Shown piece by piece: positions 63,704-64,000 of a stretch of DNA of 64,000 nt (its first letter is position 1; the number at the start of each line of letters is the position of its first letter). This stretch comes from Hemiscyllium ocellatum (taxonomy: Eukaryota): the NCBI RefSeq assembly GCF_020745735.1, contig NW_026867476.1, positions 310,001-374,000 of the forward strand. Direction: 5' to 3'. The notes beneath the pieces were generated by a model. That model ran no database searches, was not told where the DNA came from, and saw only the letters and a program-made list of their open reading frames with translations. The position numbers and the translations under genes were made by a program.

Positions 63704-64000
63704 CATTACACGAATTCTGAAAGCCCGCTCTCAGTGTTCTGCTGTCTTGGGGTATCAGTTGGTCCCACATTGCTGATTAGTCTTAGTTTCTCACTGTCAT
63801 GACACGAAAGAACAGAAAATACTGACACAATATCTTTCATCAATTGGATGCAATTCCTCAGATTTCCAGTAGTCTTGATATGAAGACTTTTTTTCTACAT
63901 GTTCCACTTCTTCATTTTGTTACAGGTTGTCTTGCTGCAAAGTTCATGTTTACGGCCCAAATTGGCCATACACCCTCTCCCGATAATTCCCCCTGTTACG

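Larger units (their letters stand above)
51381..64000 (+). repeat. Segmental duplication copy B (runs off the window end)
   Basis: Collinear with 32641-45326. Confidence 0.95.

Noticed and set aside
32641-64000. False duplication from two haplotypes joined across the gap
   Set aside because: About 10% divergence with many indels and 20 amino-acid changes is high for alleles; not fully excluded without reads.

Overview
Vertebrate genomic DNA, almost certainly from a cartilaginous fish: it carries HE1-type tRNA SINEs, abundant CR1 LINEs, shark-type Penelope elements and shark-like TCR V segments. Species cannot be determined. The left 24 kb holds part of a T-cell receptor alpha/delta-type V array. 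Three minus-strand V segments each have a 23-bp-spacer RSS: V1 at ~6.0 kb is a pseudogene, V2 at ~18.1 kb has an intact V exon but a defective leader, and V3 at ~21.6 kb is intact with an unusual intronless leader. A probable inverted V relic lies at ~3.3 kb. Interleaved on the opposite strand is a family of two-exon class A GPCR genes (GPR139/GPR142-like): three intact copies (14.5, 37.4 and 56.0 kb) and one pseudogene (10.4 kb). The right 40 kb has no recognisable V segment. It contains a tandem segmental duplication of at least 12.6 kb (period ~18.7 kb); each copy has one GPCR gene and an internally deleted Gmr1-like Ty3/gypsy LTR element. A 134-N assembly gap lies between the two copies. 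No D, J or C segments, rRNA, true tRNA or CRISPR were found. Repeat boundaries are approximate because they were read by eye. Exon, RSS, LTR, PBS and PPT coordinates were counted directly.
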